Virus record (IMG/VR): IMGVR_UViG_3300021520_000002
Coordinates: 62,001-126,000 of that record
Reading direction: 5' to 3' (one strand)
DNA length: 64,000 bases
In this document: one piece after another, positions 8,997 to 20,300 of the stretch
Numbering within the stretch: position 1 is the stretch's first letter
How the letters are laid out: each line of letters starts with the position of its first letter
Made by a program: the position numbers and the translations under genes
Notes under the pieces: model-generated
What the model saw: the letters and a program-made list of their open reading frames with translations, nothing else
What the model was told of the DNA's origin: nothing
Databases searched by the model: none

Positions 8997-9728
8997 ATGT
9001 ATAATATTTTAACAGAACAAGAACAATTTAATATGATGAATGAATCTGCAGCCGCGCTTAGGAAAATGAAAAATGAGAAAGTTATTAAAAGAGATCCTTT
9101 AAAAGTTTTATCTGAAAATCTTCAAAGTATTAATATCGGTAGTGATCTTTTTGAATCATTCGATAGTTCATCTTGGGAAGGAAAAGTAAAAGTTGATGTT
9201 TTATATTTTGAACAACTACTTCAGAAATTAAATGAAGAACAGGTTAATTTAGTTGAATCTGCTCTTAATGTATATTTTAAAGATATAAGATTAATTTATG
9301 AATTTGTTAATCTTAAACCAGAGATTTATGGTAAAAATATTAATACTAAGATTTTAGAAGATTCAAATGAAGTAAGTCAACAAAAACTTTCATCCGTTAT
9401 TTATGAATATCTTGATAGTTATTTTTATGGACTGGCACCTGAAAAACGTGTAGATAAATATATTGAAACATCCAGAGAATTAACTAAAACTTTGATTAAT
9501 GAAGGTGTAGAAGCTGAGGAAGCTATTGAATTTAGTGTAAAGACAACAGTTATGGAAAATTTACTTACTAAAATAGCTTTCCCATTTGCAACATGGTCTA
9601 GAATACATTATTTAATAGAATCAGAAGACTATGGTAAAGTATTTGATCGTAAGGCATTGATAGATTTAGTAGAGTCATTTCAGAATAAGGTAGGGTCGAT
9701 ATCGAAGATTGTTGCCGCTGTAATCTAA
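8997..9728 (+). CDS. hypothetical helical protein, possibly head-associated
   Basis: AGGAGG RBS; N-terminal ILTE, MNE, LSE and LFE motifs resemble protease sites. Confidence 0.7.
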   Translation: MYNILTEQEQFNMMNESAAALRKMKNEKVIKRDPLKVLSENLQSINIGSDLFESFDSSSWEGKVKVDVLYFEQLLQKLNEEQVNLVESALNVYFKDIRLIYEFVNLKPEIYGKNINTKILEDSNEVSQQKLSSVIYEYLDSYFYGLAPEKRVDKYIETSRELTKTLINEGVEAEEAIEFSVKTTVMENLLTKIAFPFATWSRIHYLIESEDYGKVFDRKALIDLVESFQNKVGSISKIVAAVI

Positions 9729-9750
9729 CTAATCACAAGAGGGGTGTATT

Positions 9751-10989
9751 GTGTCTAAAGTTACTGAAATATATAATAAACTAGATCAAAATTTAAGTTC
9801 TAATGTTACTCTAGTTAATGATTTAAATACTGAGATGAGTAGACTTGTTTCTCAGGCATATTCGCAAGCGATGGCTTCTGATGAAGGTTTTTGTTTTAAG
9901 TTTACACTCCCAATTACAGCAGTAACAAATTTATTCCAGCTTGTTAAACTCGATCAAGATGAAGTTGGAAAAGCGTTTCAAGAAGATTGGAAGTATCCAT
10001 CACACGCAAATATGTATGCTGATCCATATTACCATATATTAATGTTATTATTATATTATGGTCTTCGTAAGAAAAAAGAAATTATGGTTGAACATGCTTT
10101 ATTTCTTATTCTTATAAAAACATGGAATGGTAGAAAAGCTAAATATCTTAAATTTTGTGATAAACGAGTTATGAATTATGTTGTAACACATATGGTAAAT
10201 AATAAACATCTTATATCTAAATATGAATCTCCGTTAAATTTGATAAAAGAATATTTTATTCCAACATTATTGTCGAAGTATAGCAGTGAGATCTTAAAAG
10301 ATCCTTATAGAATGAGACAATTGTTTATGCAAATTTGGGTTAGAGTAGATCAAATATTTGGGTTTAACATGAGAGTAAATCCAATTACCGGAGTTAATGA
10401 AGCACAGGGTGGAATTTTACCATTGTATATGAAAGCTAAGAAAGACAATTTAACATTAGCAACACCAACAATTGCAACTGGAGATGAGGAAGAACCTGAT
10501 TTTGATCAGTATTCGACAATACATAATAGAGATGAAATAACATCAAGTACAACTGATTTTATTACAATGAATACTCAAACTCAGTATCCAGCAAGTTTTA
10601 TTTCAACTGTTAATGGATATACAAAAGTATCATCACATGTGATTGAAGAAATGTTAAAAGCAATGCATAGTCATAAGTTTTATGATATTCTTCATAATAT
10701 TATATCTATCATTTTATCTAGAACAAGTGTTGTTGATAAAAGTGATATTTGTGGTAATGATTTTATGGTAAATGTTAAGAAAAATGTTATTTCATCTAAG
10801 AATACTGATGATATAAGAAACATTCAAAAGTTATTGGATGCTCTTTGTATTCAGATATTTGATGGACCAAGTTTAAAATTAGATTTTAATAAGTATAGTA
10901 ATGTTCAAAGAATTCAAATCCGAAATGTTTTAATTTATGGATTGATTTATAATCTGAAGAAAATAAATTGTCAGGGACAAAGTATTTAA
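9751..10989 (+). CDS. probable phiKZ gp68 / AR9 gp226-like sigma-like subunit of a non-virion RNA polymerase
   Basis: DPYYHILMLLLYY...KYLKFCDKRVMNYVVTHMVNNKHLISKYES resembles the conserved core of that family as recalled; size 412 aa is compatible. Not verified by search. Confidence 0.45.
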   Translation: MSKVTEIYNKLDQNLSSNVTLVNDLNTEMSRLVSQAYSQAMASDEGFCFKFTLPITAVTNLFQLVKLDQDEVGKAFQEDWKYPSHANMYADPYYHILMLLLYYGLRKKKEIMVEHALFLILIKTWNGRKAKYLKFCDKRVMNYVVTHMVNNKHLISKYESPLNLIKEYFIPTLLSKYSSEILKDPYRMRQLFMQIWVRVDQIFGFNMRVNPITGVNEAQGGILPLYMKAKKDNLTLATPTIATGDEEEPDFDQYSTIHNRDEITSSTTDFITMNTQTQYPASFISTVNGYTKVSSHVIEEMLKAMHSHKFYDILHNIISIILSRTSVVDKSDICGNDFMVNVKKNVISSKNTDDIRNIQKLLDALCIQIFDGPSLKLDFNKYSNVQRIQIRNVLIYGLIYNLKKINCQGQSI

Positions 10990-10994
10990 AATTA

Positions 10995-11030
10995 ATATCG
11001 GCAAGATCTATTACTAAATCTTGCCGATAT
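10995..11030. repeat. intergenic palindrome copy 1 (ATCGGCAAGAT...ATCTTGCCGAT)
   Basis: ATATCGGCAAGATCTATTACTAAATCTTGCCGATAT. Confidence 0.95.
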
Positions 11031-11045
11031 TTAACGAGGTAAAAA

Positions 11046-12110
11046 ATGGATAATTTAATAGACTACATAAATCAAGCCTTCTTTACGGAAGATACTGGAG
11101 TTATGAACTATTTCTATCAGCAACAATATCAAAATTATGCTCCAGATATTAATGGATATACCTTATGTTTTATGGTACCACCAGATTTAAGTGGTTATCG
11201 AGTAAAATTTAATGCTGGTTCTGGACTTTATACACAAGGAGATTCCAATTCTTATGTTGGAGAAGTATCAAATATGATGTCTTTTCTAGCTGTGGATTTT
11301 ACACCCCCACAAAGTCAAGTTAATACAGAACAAATATCATCTAGAACTGGAGCTATTCCTTATGCAACTGAAGTTTCAGAATCTGAACAATGTTCTGTTA
11401 CTTTTATAGATACTAATCAATTAGATATTTATCATTTTCATCATATATGGTTAGAATATATAAGAGAAGTTTTGGAAGGTGTAGTTGATCCAGCACCAGA
11501 ATATTTAAATTCAAATTCACAAATACAAGTAGATTATAGTTCACCAATAAATGATATATATGGTGCTATTGATTATGCAGCTTCTCTTTATATTGTAAAG
11601 TATAGACCAGATATGAAAACTATTACATATGTTGCTAAATGTATGGGAATTTTTCCTCAAAGTTTACCTAATAAAGAATTAGTTGGAACAAGAACTTCAA
11701 ATGAATTAACAACATTACCTTTTAATTATTTTTGCACAGCTTATAGAGAAGCAACACATCTTGATTCTGGAAATGGTGCTTGGATACTTGGAGAACTAAA
11801 TAGTTTTATTTTTAAGAAATATGCAACATCTTCAAGATCAATTCTTGGATTATTAACTGGTATGGGATTACAATCTTTATTTGAGACAGATGTTGGTGCA
11901 AGATTACTAAAATCTGTTGGACAAATTGGATCGGATGTTGTAAAATATGCAGATGTAGCATCAACAATATATAAATCAACTGAAAAATTTGGACAAATTT
12001 TTGGAGTTGGACAAACATTTGGTGAGTCAGTGGGTGGTGTTCCAAATATAGTTAGTTTTCCATCATTTAGTTCTTCATCTGATGATCCTGGGATGGGATG
12101 GGGTACATAA
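11046..12110 (+). CDS. tail-tube-like protein (paralog of 44323..45132) with Gly/Ser-rich C-terminal extension
   Basis: PDINGY...DFTPP...GIFPQSLP parallels PYISGY...GFTPH...GVFPTNLP in the tube gene. Confidence 0.65.
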   Translation: MDNLIDYINQAFFTEDTGVMNYFYQQQYQNYAPDINGYTLCFMVPPDLSGYRVKFNAGSGLYTQGDSNSYVGEVSNMMSFLAVDFTPPQSQVNTEQISSRTGAIPYATEVSESEQCSVTFIDTNQLDIYHFHHIWLEYIREVLEGVVDPAPEYLNSNSQIQVDYSSPINDIYGAIDYAASLYIVKYRPDMKTITYVAKCMGIFPQSLPNKELVGTRTSNELTTLPFNYFCTAYREATHLDSGNGAWILGELNSFIFKKYATSSRSILGLLTGMGLQSLFETDVGARLLKSVGQIGSDVVKYADVASTIYKSTEKFGQIFGVGQTFGESVGGVPNIVSFPSFSSSSDDPGMGWGT

Positions 12111-12136
12111 AATTTTAGAATTAAAAGAGGTAGAAT

Positions 12137-15100
12137 ATGGCAGATTTACCAACGCTCAGTAATGCAACACCTGAAGATTTTATTGATTATTATTTTAATA
12201 ATTTAAAAACAGATCTAGGAGTTTTTGATATTGAAATAGCTAAAGTTGGATTTATTGGCTTTTTAATGAATCTCCTTGGAAATACACATTTTGATGTAAA
12301 AACATATTATGATGGATTATTTAAAGAAGCTTTTGTAGCGACGGCTCAAAGTGAAGAGAGTCAAAATTTACATGCTGCTATTTATGGATATACACCAGCT
12401 TTTGCAATACCAGCAACAGCAACAGGCTCAATTGAATTCGATTTTAATACAGCTCTTTCTACAAAAAATCCTAAGACAGTTAAACGAGAAGTATTTATTG
12501 GATATAGAACAACAGATCCAACAGGAACAACTGCAGAAAGAATTGGTGATATTACATTTAATTCTTCAGTTTATAAATTTACAATTGATGCTTTATATAA
12601 ATTTGTTCAAGAAATTACAAATCCTGGTACACCGTCAGAATCTAGTTCATATTATACAGAAGTAACAACAGTTGATGGAACAAAAATTATAATTCCATCA
12701 TCATCAGCTTATATAATTGTACCACTATATTCAACAACCCAATATAATTATAAAACTTATGAATTTCAAATTCCAAAATATAATCTTGGCTCATTTCAGA
12801 CATATTATTTTACAATTGATAGTGGTTATTATCTTTCTGCTGTTGAAGTTTATATTACTCCTACTGGTGGTGTTGAAGAAGAATATGAGGTTCAATTTGT
12901 TAAATATCTTGCTAGTGGAGATGATAAAACAGTATTTCTTAAAAAGATATCATCAACAAATTATATGCTTGAATTTGGTTCTGGTACTAGAGGAGTTTGG
13001 GTATCTCAATATAATGCTCGAGTAGTTATTAAATATTGTGAAGGAACTGCTGGTAATTTAATTGATTCATCATCAACAAAAATTGCTATTAATTGTGAAA
13101 CTTATAGTAAAGATTATGAAATAGATCCAATAACTGGGAATTTAATTCCTTTTAGTGGTCAAACAATAATAAAATCAAATTCAGTAGTTACAGATTTTGA
13201 ATCATCTAATGGTGGTACAAATTCTTTATCTGGTGATAATTTAAGAAATGAAATTGTAAATTTTATACAATCGAGGGATAATTTAGTTAGTGAAACTGAT
13301 TTTTATAATATTACTAGTGAAAATACTTTTTTAAAAGATTTTAAATTTTTATTTAAAAAGACTAATGTATATGATAATATTTTTCATCTATATAGGGCTT
13401 TTAGAGATAGAAATCAAGAAATATGTTATACAACTGATTATTTATTACCAATAGTAAATATTAATTTAAGTCCAGAAAATCTTATTTTAACATCTATTGT
13501 TGGTACTGGTTCATTAATACCAGGTCATACATATGCATATAGGGTTAGTGCTTATGATTCTTGGGGAGTATCTATTCCTTGTGATGAAGTTAGTATTATA
13601 TTAGCTGTTGGAAGTGATAGTGTAAGAATTACTTGGGACGCTATGAATAATGCTGTTGGTTATAGAATATATGGTAGAACTGTTAGTTCACAAGGAATGT
13701 ATTGGGATACAACTGATTTATTTATTGTTGATGATGGGAGTGCTGGTACTCCAGAAATTGTTCCAAGTGGTGCAACTTTAACTGATATGATTTATGATCC
13801 AGTTTTCTTTTTAGATGATTCATTTAGTTGTACACCAGATTCAGTAACTAATATTTTTTCAAGTGTAAATCATGGATTAGATGATGATGATGTTATATGT
13901 TTCTCTGGTACAGGTGGTGGAGTTACTGTTCAAACATATTATTATATTATTGATTCAATAGTAGATTCTTTTAAAATATCTCTTAGTAGAAGTGGAACAG
14001 CCGTAACATTAACAGATAATATAGTTAATGGTTTTTTCCGACCTTTTATTAGTCCTTTTTTTTATAAAGGAAATTCTAGATTAGGATATTTTGATGGATA
14101 TATTTTAGATCAAAATTTGTTGGTTCAATTTAGTGAAGTTATTTTAAGTACAAATACTATAGGTACTGGTTTTGATGTTCCTGTGATTTATCTTAATTTA
14201 AATTATAATATGATTACAGAGACAACAATATTACAAGTTAAATCATATCAGGATATTTCAGCATTACAGTTTGTTATTACTGTTTTTGGTTCTACAATAG
14301 CAAATCAGACTATGGTTTGGAATCCAGTAACAGATGCATTTGAATGGAATTATACTAATAGTTTAACATTTGGTATTATGGAAGAAGAATTACAAATTGA
14401 AGTTGTTGGATATGAATTTACAACTGTTTTTGTTGAAAGATTTAGAAGTAGAACAAGTAGTTTTTATCAAATATTAAATATAAGTGATCAATTAAGGTTA
14501 TTTAGATATGTTTATGGTACTAATATGTATATATTAAATCTTCCAGTAATATATTATGGAGGATTTATTAGTGATTCCGATTATTATTTAGATAAAATAT
14601 ATGAATTTATGATTAGTGCAAGTTTTCAAAATAATAGAATGATAACTGACAATGTTCAAGGTAGATTTTTAAATACTTATATTATTAAATCACCAGTGAT
14701 TGAAAATTGTTTAGTTCAGAAGGGAGAAGTATTTTCTGATTATAATTGGTTGGTTGGTATTTTAGAAACTTTAGATGAACCTTATTTAACAGTACCATTA
14801 GTTGGAGATAGATATCGAGTAAGTACTACTCCAGTTGGAGGAAGTGTATTTGATGGACATGCTAATGAAATAGCAATATATGCGGTTGGTGGTTGGACAT
14901 TTTATATTCCCATTGAAGATGATGGAGTTTTTGATGCAACATCAAGATTTGCTTATATTTGGGATAGTTCTGCTTGGGTTAGTATTCCTTCTATTAGATT
15001 GCCTTTAAAAATGATTGTGAATATTAAAGTGAATAAGGATTATACAGATAGAAATCCAACAGATCTTGGTCAAGTAAAAACTAATTTAATATTAACATTA

Positions 15101-15379
15101 GCTGATCATTTACAGACATGGAGAACAGGAGTTAATATTAAATTTTATAGTAGTCAAATAGTTGATATAATACACAATAATAGACCATGGGTTAAATCTG
15201 TTGTTGTTTTAGTTACAGATTCATCTCCTGTTCCAAATAGTCTTAATAATGGTATTGAAATTATAACTGAAGATTTAGTAGTTCTTGGTAATTTACCTGA
15301 TAAGCTTGAGATTTTAAAATATATACCACCCATGATTTATTGGGATATTAATAACATTGTTGTGAATTTAAGTATTTAA
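12137..15379 (+). CDS. baseplate wedge protein (T4 gp6-like) with inserted FN3-like and DUF2793-like modules
   Basis: EAFVATAQ...AAIYGY, LEFGSGTRG, GGTNSLSGDNLR, NLVSETDFY; YAYRVSAYDSWG and WDAMNNAVGYRIYGR; FDGHANEIAIY..GGWTFY. Confidence 0.75.
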   Translation: MADLPTLSNATPEDFIDYYFNNLKTDLGVFDIEIAKVGFIGFLMNLLGNTHFDVKTYYDGLFKEAFVATAQSEESQNLHAAIYGYTPAFAIPATATGSIEFDFNTALSTKNPKTVKREVFIGYRTTDPTGTTAERIGDITFNSSVYKFTIDALYKFVQEITNPGTPSESSSYYTEVTTVDGTKIIIPSSSAYIIVPLYSTTQYNYKTYEFQIPKYNLGSFQTYYFTIDSGYYLSAVEVYITPTGGVEEEYEVQFVKYLASGDDKTVFLKKISSTNYMLEFGSGTRGVWVSQYNARVVIKYCEGTAGNLIDSSSTKIAINCETYSKDYEIDPITGNLIPFSGQTIIKSNSVVTDFESSNGGTNSLSGDNLRNEIVNFIQSRDNLVSETDFYNITSENTFLKDFKFLFKKTNVYDNIFHLYRAFRDRNQEICYTTDYLLPIVNINLSPENLILTSIVGTGSLIPGHTYAYRVSAYDSWGVSIPCDEVSIILAVGSDSVRITWDAMNNAVGYRIYGRTVSSQGMYWDTTDLFIVDDGSAGTPEIVPSGATLTDMIYDPVFFLDDSFSCTPDSVTNIFSSVNHGLDDDDVICFSGTGGGVTVQTYYYIIDSIVDSFKISLSRSGTAVTLTDNIVNGFFRPFISPFFYKGNSRLGYFDGYILDQNLLVQFSEVILSTNTIGTGFDVPVIYLNLNYNMITETTILQVKSYQDISALQFVITVFGSTIANQTMVWNPVTDAFEWNYTNSLTFGIMEEELQIEVVGYEFTTVFVERFRSRTSSFYQILNISDQLRLFRYVYGTNMYILNLPVIYYGGFISDSDYYLDKIYEFMISASFQNNRMITDNVQGRFLNTYIIKSPVIENCLVQKGEVFSDYNWLVGILETLDEPYLTVPLVGDRYRVSTTPVGGSVFDGHANEIAIYAVGGWTFYIPIEDDGVFDATSRFAYIWDSSAWVSIPSIRLPLKMIVNIKVNKDYTDRNPTDLGQVKTNLILTLADHLQTWRTGVNIKFYSSQIVDIIHNNRPWVKSVVVLVTDSSPVPNSLNNGIEIITEDLVVLGNLPDKLEILKYIPPMIYWDINNIVVNLSI

Positions 15380-15389
15380 ATTTGTTTCA

Positions 15390-15421
15390 ATCGGCAAGAT
15401 CTGAAAAATGATCTTGCCGAT
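15390..15421. repeat. intergenic palindrome copy 2
   Basis: ATCGGCAAGATCTGAAAAATGATCTTGCCGAT. Confidence 0.95.
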
Positions 15422-15448
15422 GTTCCAAAATTGGAGGCGAAAAATTTT

Positions 15449-17305
15449 ATGATACGGGCACCATTTGTTTTAACTAAATATGATGAAGAGTCACTGAATC
15501 TTCTTCAAGAAAGTAATGGAATAAGTATCGATGAATTTAAACAAAATGAGTGGTTTAAATGTCGAGAGAATCCATTCTATTTTATTTTGAATTATGTTTA
15601 CCTACCAGAAGTTGGTGGGAAATTAAAATACACAAAAGAATATTTACACCCAAAATTTAGAAGAATAATAAAATCAATATATAAAAATCATATGGCAATG
15701 TTAATGGCTTCAAGACAGTTAGGAAAAAGCTCAATTGCCGCTTGTCTACTTGCTTGGGCATTAATCTTTTTTCCAAATAATAGAGTTGTTATTCTAAACT
15801 ATAGAAAAATTGCCGCTCAAGAAAACTTAAAGAAAATAAAGTTCATAATACAAAATTTACCAAGTTGGATGAGGATTCCTTATAGATCTAAAAGTGAAAT
15901 AAAGGAATATGCTGAATTACAAAATGGTTCAAGAATAGACACATTTTATCCTTCATCAACAAGTTCTCCTTCTACATTAGCTCGTTCATTAACAGTTCCA
16001 ATCTTATATGTTGATGAGGTAGCTTTTATTTCTCATATGGAAGAAATTTATGGTTCAGCACAGCAGACACTTTCTAATGCTAGAGAACAAGCTATTAAAA
16101 ATAGTTATCCCTACTTTATTTTTATGACATCAACTCCCAACGGTGTTGAAGGTGATGGAAAATTCTTTTATGATTTTTGGATGAATGCTGTTGAATCTGA
16201 TGATCTTTTTGCTGAAGATCCAGAAACTGGAATGGAAGATTGGATACCAAATACTGATGATGTTCTTAATCAACCAGATAAAAATAGTTTTACAAGAGTT
16301 AAATATCATTGGTCTGAAAATCCAGATAAAACTATAGCATGGTATGAACAACAAAAGAAAGAACTCAACTTTGATCTTAGAAAGATTAATCAGGAATTAG
16401 ATATACTTTTTGTTGGTGGGACAAATTGTATTTTTACCGATGAAGTTTTACAAAAGTTAACATTTTTTCCTAGAGCAAATTATCTTGAACTTTCAAATCA
16501 AGTTCAGTTCGATATGTATGAGGAAATTGATACTCAAGATTATTATTTATTAGGGGTAGATACAGCGAGTTCTATTAAAGGAGCTTTTAATGCTCTTGAA
16601 TTATTTTCATATAGAGATTTTAAACAAGTTGGTGAAGCTAATGTTAGATTGGGGTCATTGACTAAATATGGTGAAACTGTTGATTCATTATTTAGACAAA
16701 TATATAAAACAACACAAAGAATAATTCTTTGTATAGAAAATAATTCTATCGGCAAAGCAGTTATTGAACATCTAATTTATCATATTAAAGATTTTAATTA
16801 TATGCCTTTTATATATAAAGAAAAAGATCCTGATATGGTAGAAAAACATGAATTTGGAATTTCAACAACTGGGAAATCTAAAGAATTAATGGTTTCTCTT
16901 TTTTATGATCATATTAATCAAAATCCACAATGTTTAAAATCCCAAAATTTAATTGCACAATTAGGTACAATTCAAAGATCGAATCGTGGAACAATTAAAG
17001 CTTCGGGTTTTAGTGATATGTTTATGTCTGGAAGTTTTTGTGCATATGTTCGTAATAGAACATTTCTAGATATTTTGCCGTTATTAGGTCAATCAAATAA
17101 ACAAGTACAAGATACATTTTTTAACTCGGTAAAAACTGCTGCTGAAATGATGAATGTTAAATTAATTATTAAAAATTCTTTACAACAAGAAACTGGTTTT
17201 ATGTCTGTTCAAGAAGATTCTTATAGAGATGAAGATGCTAAACACGAAAGTGATACAATATTAGATGAAGATTGGAGAATATATATACCGATCATGACAC
17301 CATAG
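15449..17305 (+). CDS. terL: terminase large subunit (T4 gp17-like)
   Basis: Walker A SRQLGKS, Walker B LYVDEVAF, coupling motif TSTPNG, nuclease LGVDTA, IENNSIG; ATG 15449 after GGAGG (ORF track 15431). Confidence 0.93.
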   Translation: MIRAPFVLTKYDEESLNLLQESNGISIDEFKQNEWFKCRENPFYFILNYVYLPEVGGKLKYTKEYLHPKFRRIIKSIYKNHMAMLMASRQLGKSSIAACLLAWALIFFPNNRVVILNYRKIAAQENLKKIKFIIQNLPSWMRIPYRSKSEIKEYAELQNGSRIDTFYPSSTSSPSTLARSLTVPILYVDEVAFISHMEEIYGSAQQTLSNAREQAIKNSYPYFIFMTSTPNGVEGDGKFFYDFWMNAVESDDLFAEDPETGMEDWIPNTDDVLNQPDKNSFTRVKYHWSENPDKTIAWYEQQKKELNFDLRKINQELDILFVGGTNCIFTDEVLQKLTFFPRANYLELSNQVQFDMYEEIDTQDYYLLGVDTASSIKGAFNALELFSYRDFKQVGEANVRLGSLTKYGETVDSLFRQIYKTTQRIILCIENNSIGKAVIEHLIYHIKDFNYMPFIYKEKDPDMVEKHEFGISTTGKSKELMVSLFYDHINQNPQCLKSQNLIAQLGTIQRSNRGTIKASGFSDMFMSGSFCAYVRNRTFLDILPLLGQSNKQVQDTFFNSVKTAAEMMNVKLIIKNSLQQETGFMSVQEDSYRDEDAKHESDTILDEDWRIYIPIMTP

Positions 17306-17315
17306 GAGAGTTAGT

Positions 17316-20300
17316 ATGGCTGATTATATGAATCCTAGTGTGGGGTTGAATCCGAATTTGATGAGACTTCAGATGCAAGCTCAAGCACAGGCACAAAGAT
17401 CTGAACAACAGCGTGGTCCTTATACAAGAAATACACCTAATGAAGGTGGAATGACTGCTGCTAATGAAGCAATATTTAGACAATTTCAAAGACCAATTAA
17501 TAAGATTCAAGGTAATAAAGCTTTCATGGCTAGTACTATGGGCTTTACAATGGCTATGGATTATCAGAAACAGTTGATAGGTACTATGACTTCAGTTTTT
17601 AAGAAAATAGATTCTAAAGAACTTACTAATGTTGTTGGAAATATGATGGGTAAAGCTGGTGCTTTGGCTTATCTTTTACCCACTTCATTATCGAGAGTTT
17701 TATCATCTAAAAGAGATTCATTTGAAAAAGTATTTTCTAGAGAACTTGGTGTTGTCGGCACAATGTATAAAACTCTTAATCTTATGTCACTTATTAGATA
17801 TCCAATGAGGACATTACCAGCGGGTTTAGCTATGTTAGCTGGATTTCCTAATCTAGCTAAATTATTTCCTCGTCCAGAAACATTATTAACTGGAGCAGCT
17901 GTAGGTGCTTATAAAGGTGCTAAAGCTGTTGGAGGAGTAGGAGCAGCTGCTGGTGGTGGAATACTTAATTATTTAACAGGTGGAGCTTTTGGAAAAGGAG
18001 TTGGTGCAGTTACTGGTTCTGCAGTTGGGGGTCAAGCTGTCGGTGTATTAAAGAAAGTTTTTGGAGGAATTGATTCTAAAGTTTTAGCTGTACTTGGTTC
18101 TCCAGTAGGTCTTTCTTTAGCTCTTGCTGGTGCTCAAATTGGATTAGCAATATGGAAATCTATTAAATTATCAAGATTATTACCATCTAGAAAATCACCT
18201 ATAAATTTAGAAAGAATGTATTCTGATAGTATGGGTTATGATGCTGTTTTGAGTCGTATAAGTTCTTTAGCTGCTGTTGGTAAAATGAAACCTGAAGAAG
18301 TAACTGCTCAAGCATCTTTAATAAATGCACAATTATTAATGTCTATTGAAAGGCATACTAGTCTTTTAAGACTTATGGCTGTTGAGGCAGATTATAAACG
18401 TGAAGAAAGAGAGAAACAAGGTCGTTCTTATAATATTGATGTTCTTGGTCAAGATCCAGCTGGAATGTTTTCACAAGGATTAAATAAAGCAACTGGATAC
18501 TTACATAAAACAATAGCAAAATATGATCCGATAACACAAATAATGAATTTCATATTTTCTGGTGGAAGATTAAGACCAAGAGGAGAAATAGCAAGACTTG
18601 AAAAAACATATGGTATAGGTCAATATGGAAAAAATATTAAAGAACAGTCTAAAAGTTTTGGAATAAGTTTAACAGAATCAAGACTATTATCTATGGATTC
18701 AAATCAGATAATTCAAATGGGTCTTAGTCATGAAGATAGAGTAGAAAAATTACTTCAATGGGACGGAGAACTTTTAAAAGGAATATATTCTGAAAATATA
18801 ACTTTGCGCAAAGGATTTGGTTTTGCAAAGAATGTTTTATATCAACCACATGAAAATCTTAAAAAGTTTGGTCATGCTATAAATCCACTTAATCTTCCAG
18901 GTATTCATGCTTTGAGTAGTTTAGCATCAGCACCATTTAGAGCTATTGGAGCTGTTACAAGAGGAATTTGGAGAGCACCAGGTGCTTTAAGACGTATGAT
19001 TAGTCCAGGTAGTCCAGAAGAACTTTCCATAGGTGGTAGTGGTGCGCAAGGTGCTCTTCCAGTTAGATGGGTTGGACAATTACCTCCAGGTAGAGCTAAA
19101 GGTGGACCAGTTATTAGAAATAAAACATATATTGTTGGAGAAGAAGGTCCAGAATTATTACGAGATGGAAGAGTTATTCCATTACGTGATAGTAAAGGAA
19201 GATTCAGATCACCTGGTACTCTTCATTTAAGTGCTGAACAAATGGCTGCTCGCAAAAGGAATCGTACACTCACACAAGAACTTGGAGAGGTTGCTGAAAA
19301 GAAAGAGAAGGCTGCAACAAGTGGAACACAATCTGGAATACTTTCAACTTTAAAAGATATGGCAAAGTCTTTAAAGAACTTTGCTATTGGTGGAGTTAAG
19401 GGAGCTTTTGAGGGTGGAAAAAATATTTTAGGAGATATATTTTCTGCTGGTAAAAATCTTATAGGTTCTGGATTTGGATTAGTTGGTGGTCTTTTTAAAG
19501 GGATACTTGGTTTTATGGTACACAATCCACTTATAACAATTGCTGGTGGATTATTATTATATTTAGTACCAAAATTAATCAAGTCACTTACAGAAAATTA
19601 TGAAATTGATTGGGATAAAATTAAAGAAAAATTAACTGGTGTATTAGAAAAAGGTTCTGAATTATCAAAAACTCCAATTGGCAAATATGCTTCTAGTGGA
19701 TTTATGATGGGTATTCCTTTTGGTATTATGCCAGGTATTATTGGTGCTTTAATTGGTGGTGGAGTTGGTGGCTTTTTTACATTAATGGCAAAAATTAAAG
19801 AAGATGATCCTGATAATATATGGAAAAAACTACTTGATGGAAAAATTTTAGATAAAGTTGAACAAGGTTCTTTTGCATTAGGTGGTGCTGTAGCAGGAGT
19901 AAAATTAGGATCTAGATTTGGACTTATGGGTTCTATTGTTGGTGGATTATTAGGTGGTGGTCTTGGTTGGTATGGGGCTATGTTAAAAGAAGGCAAAAAA
20001 GATGAAGTTATTCAAACTATAAAAGATATAGCTGCTAGTCCAACATTTCAAGGTATGGAAAGAATTAGTATGGCTGTTGCTGGTGGTTTAGCAGGATTGG
20101 GAATTGGATTAAAATTTGGATTAATACCAGGAGTAGTTGGTGGATTAGTAGGTGCTGGATTAGGTTATTATCTTGCTCTTATGAGAGAAGGAAAACAAGA
20201 AGAAGGAAAAGAAAAAATGATGTTACTTCTTAATGATATTTGGGAAGCAACATCTAAAACTCTTAAAGCCAATCCATTAATAGGAGAACTTGCTGCAGCT

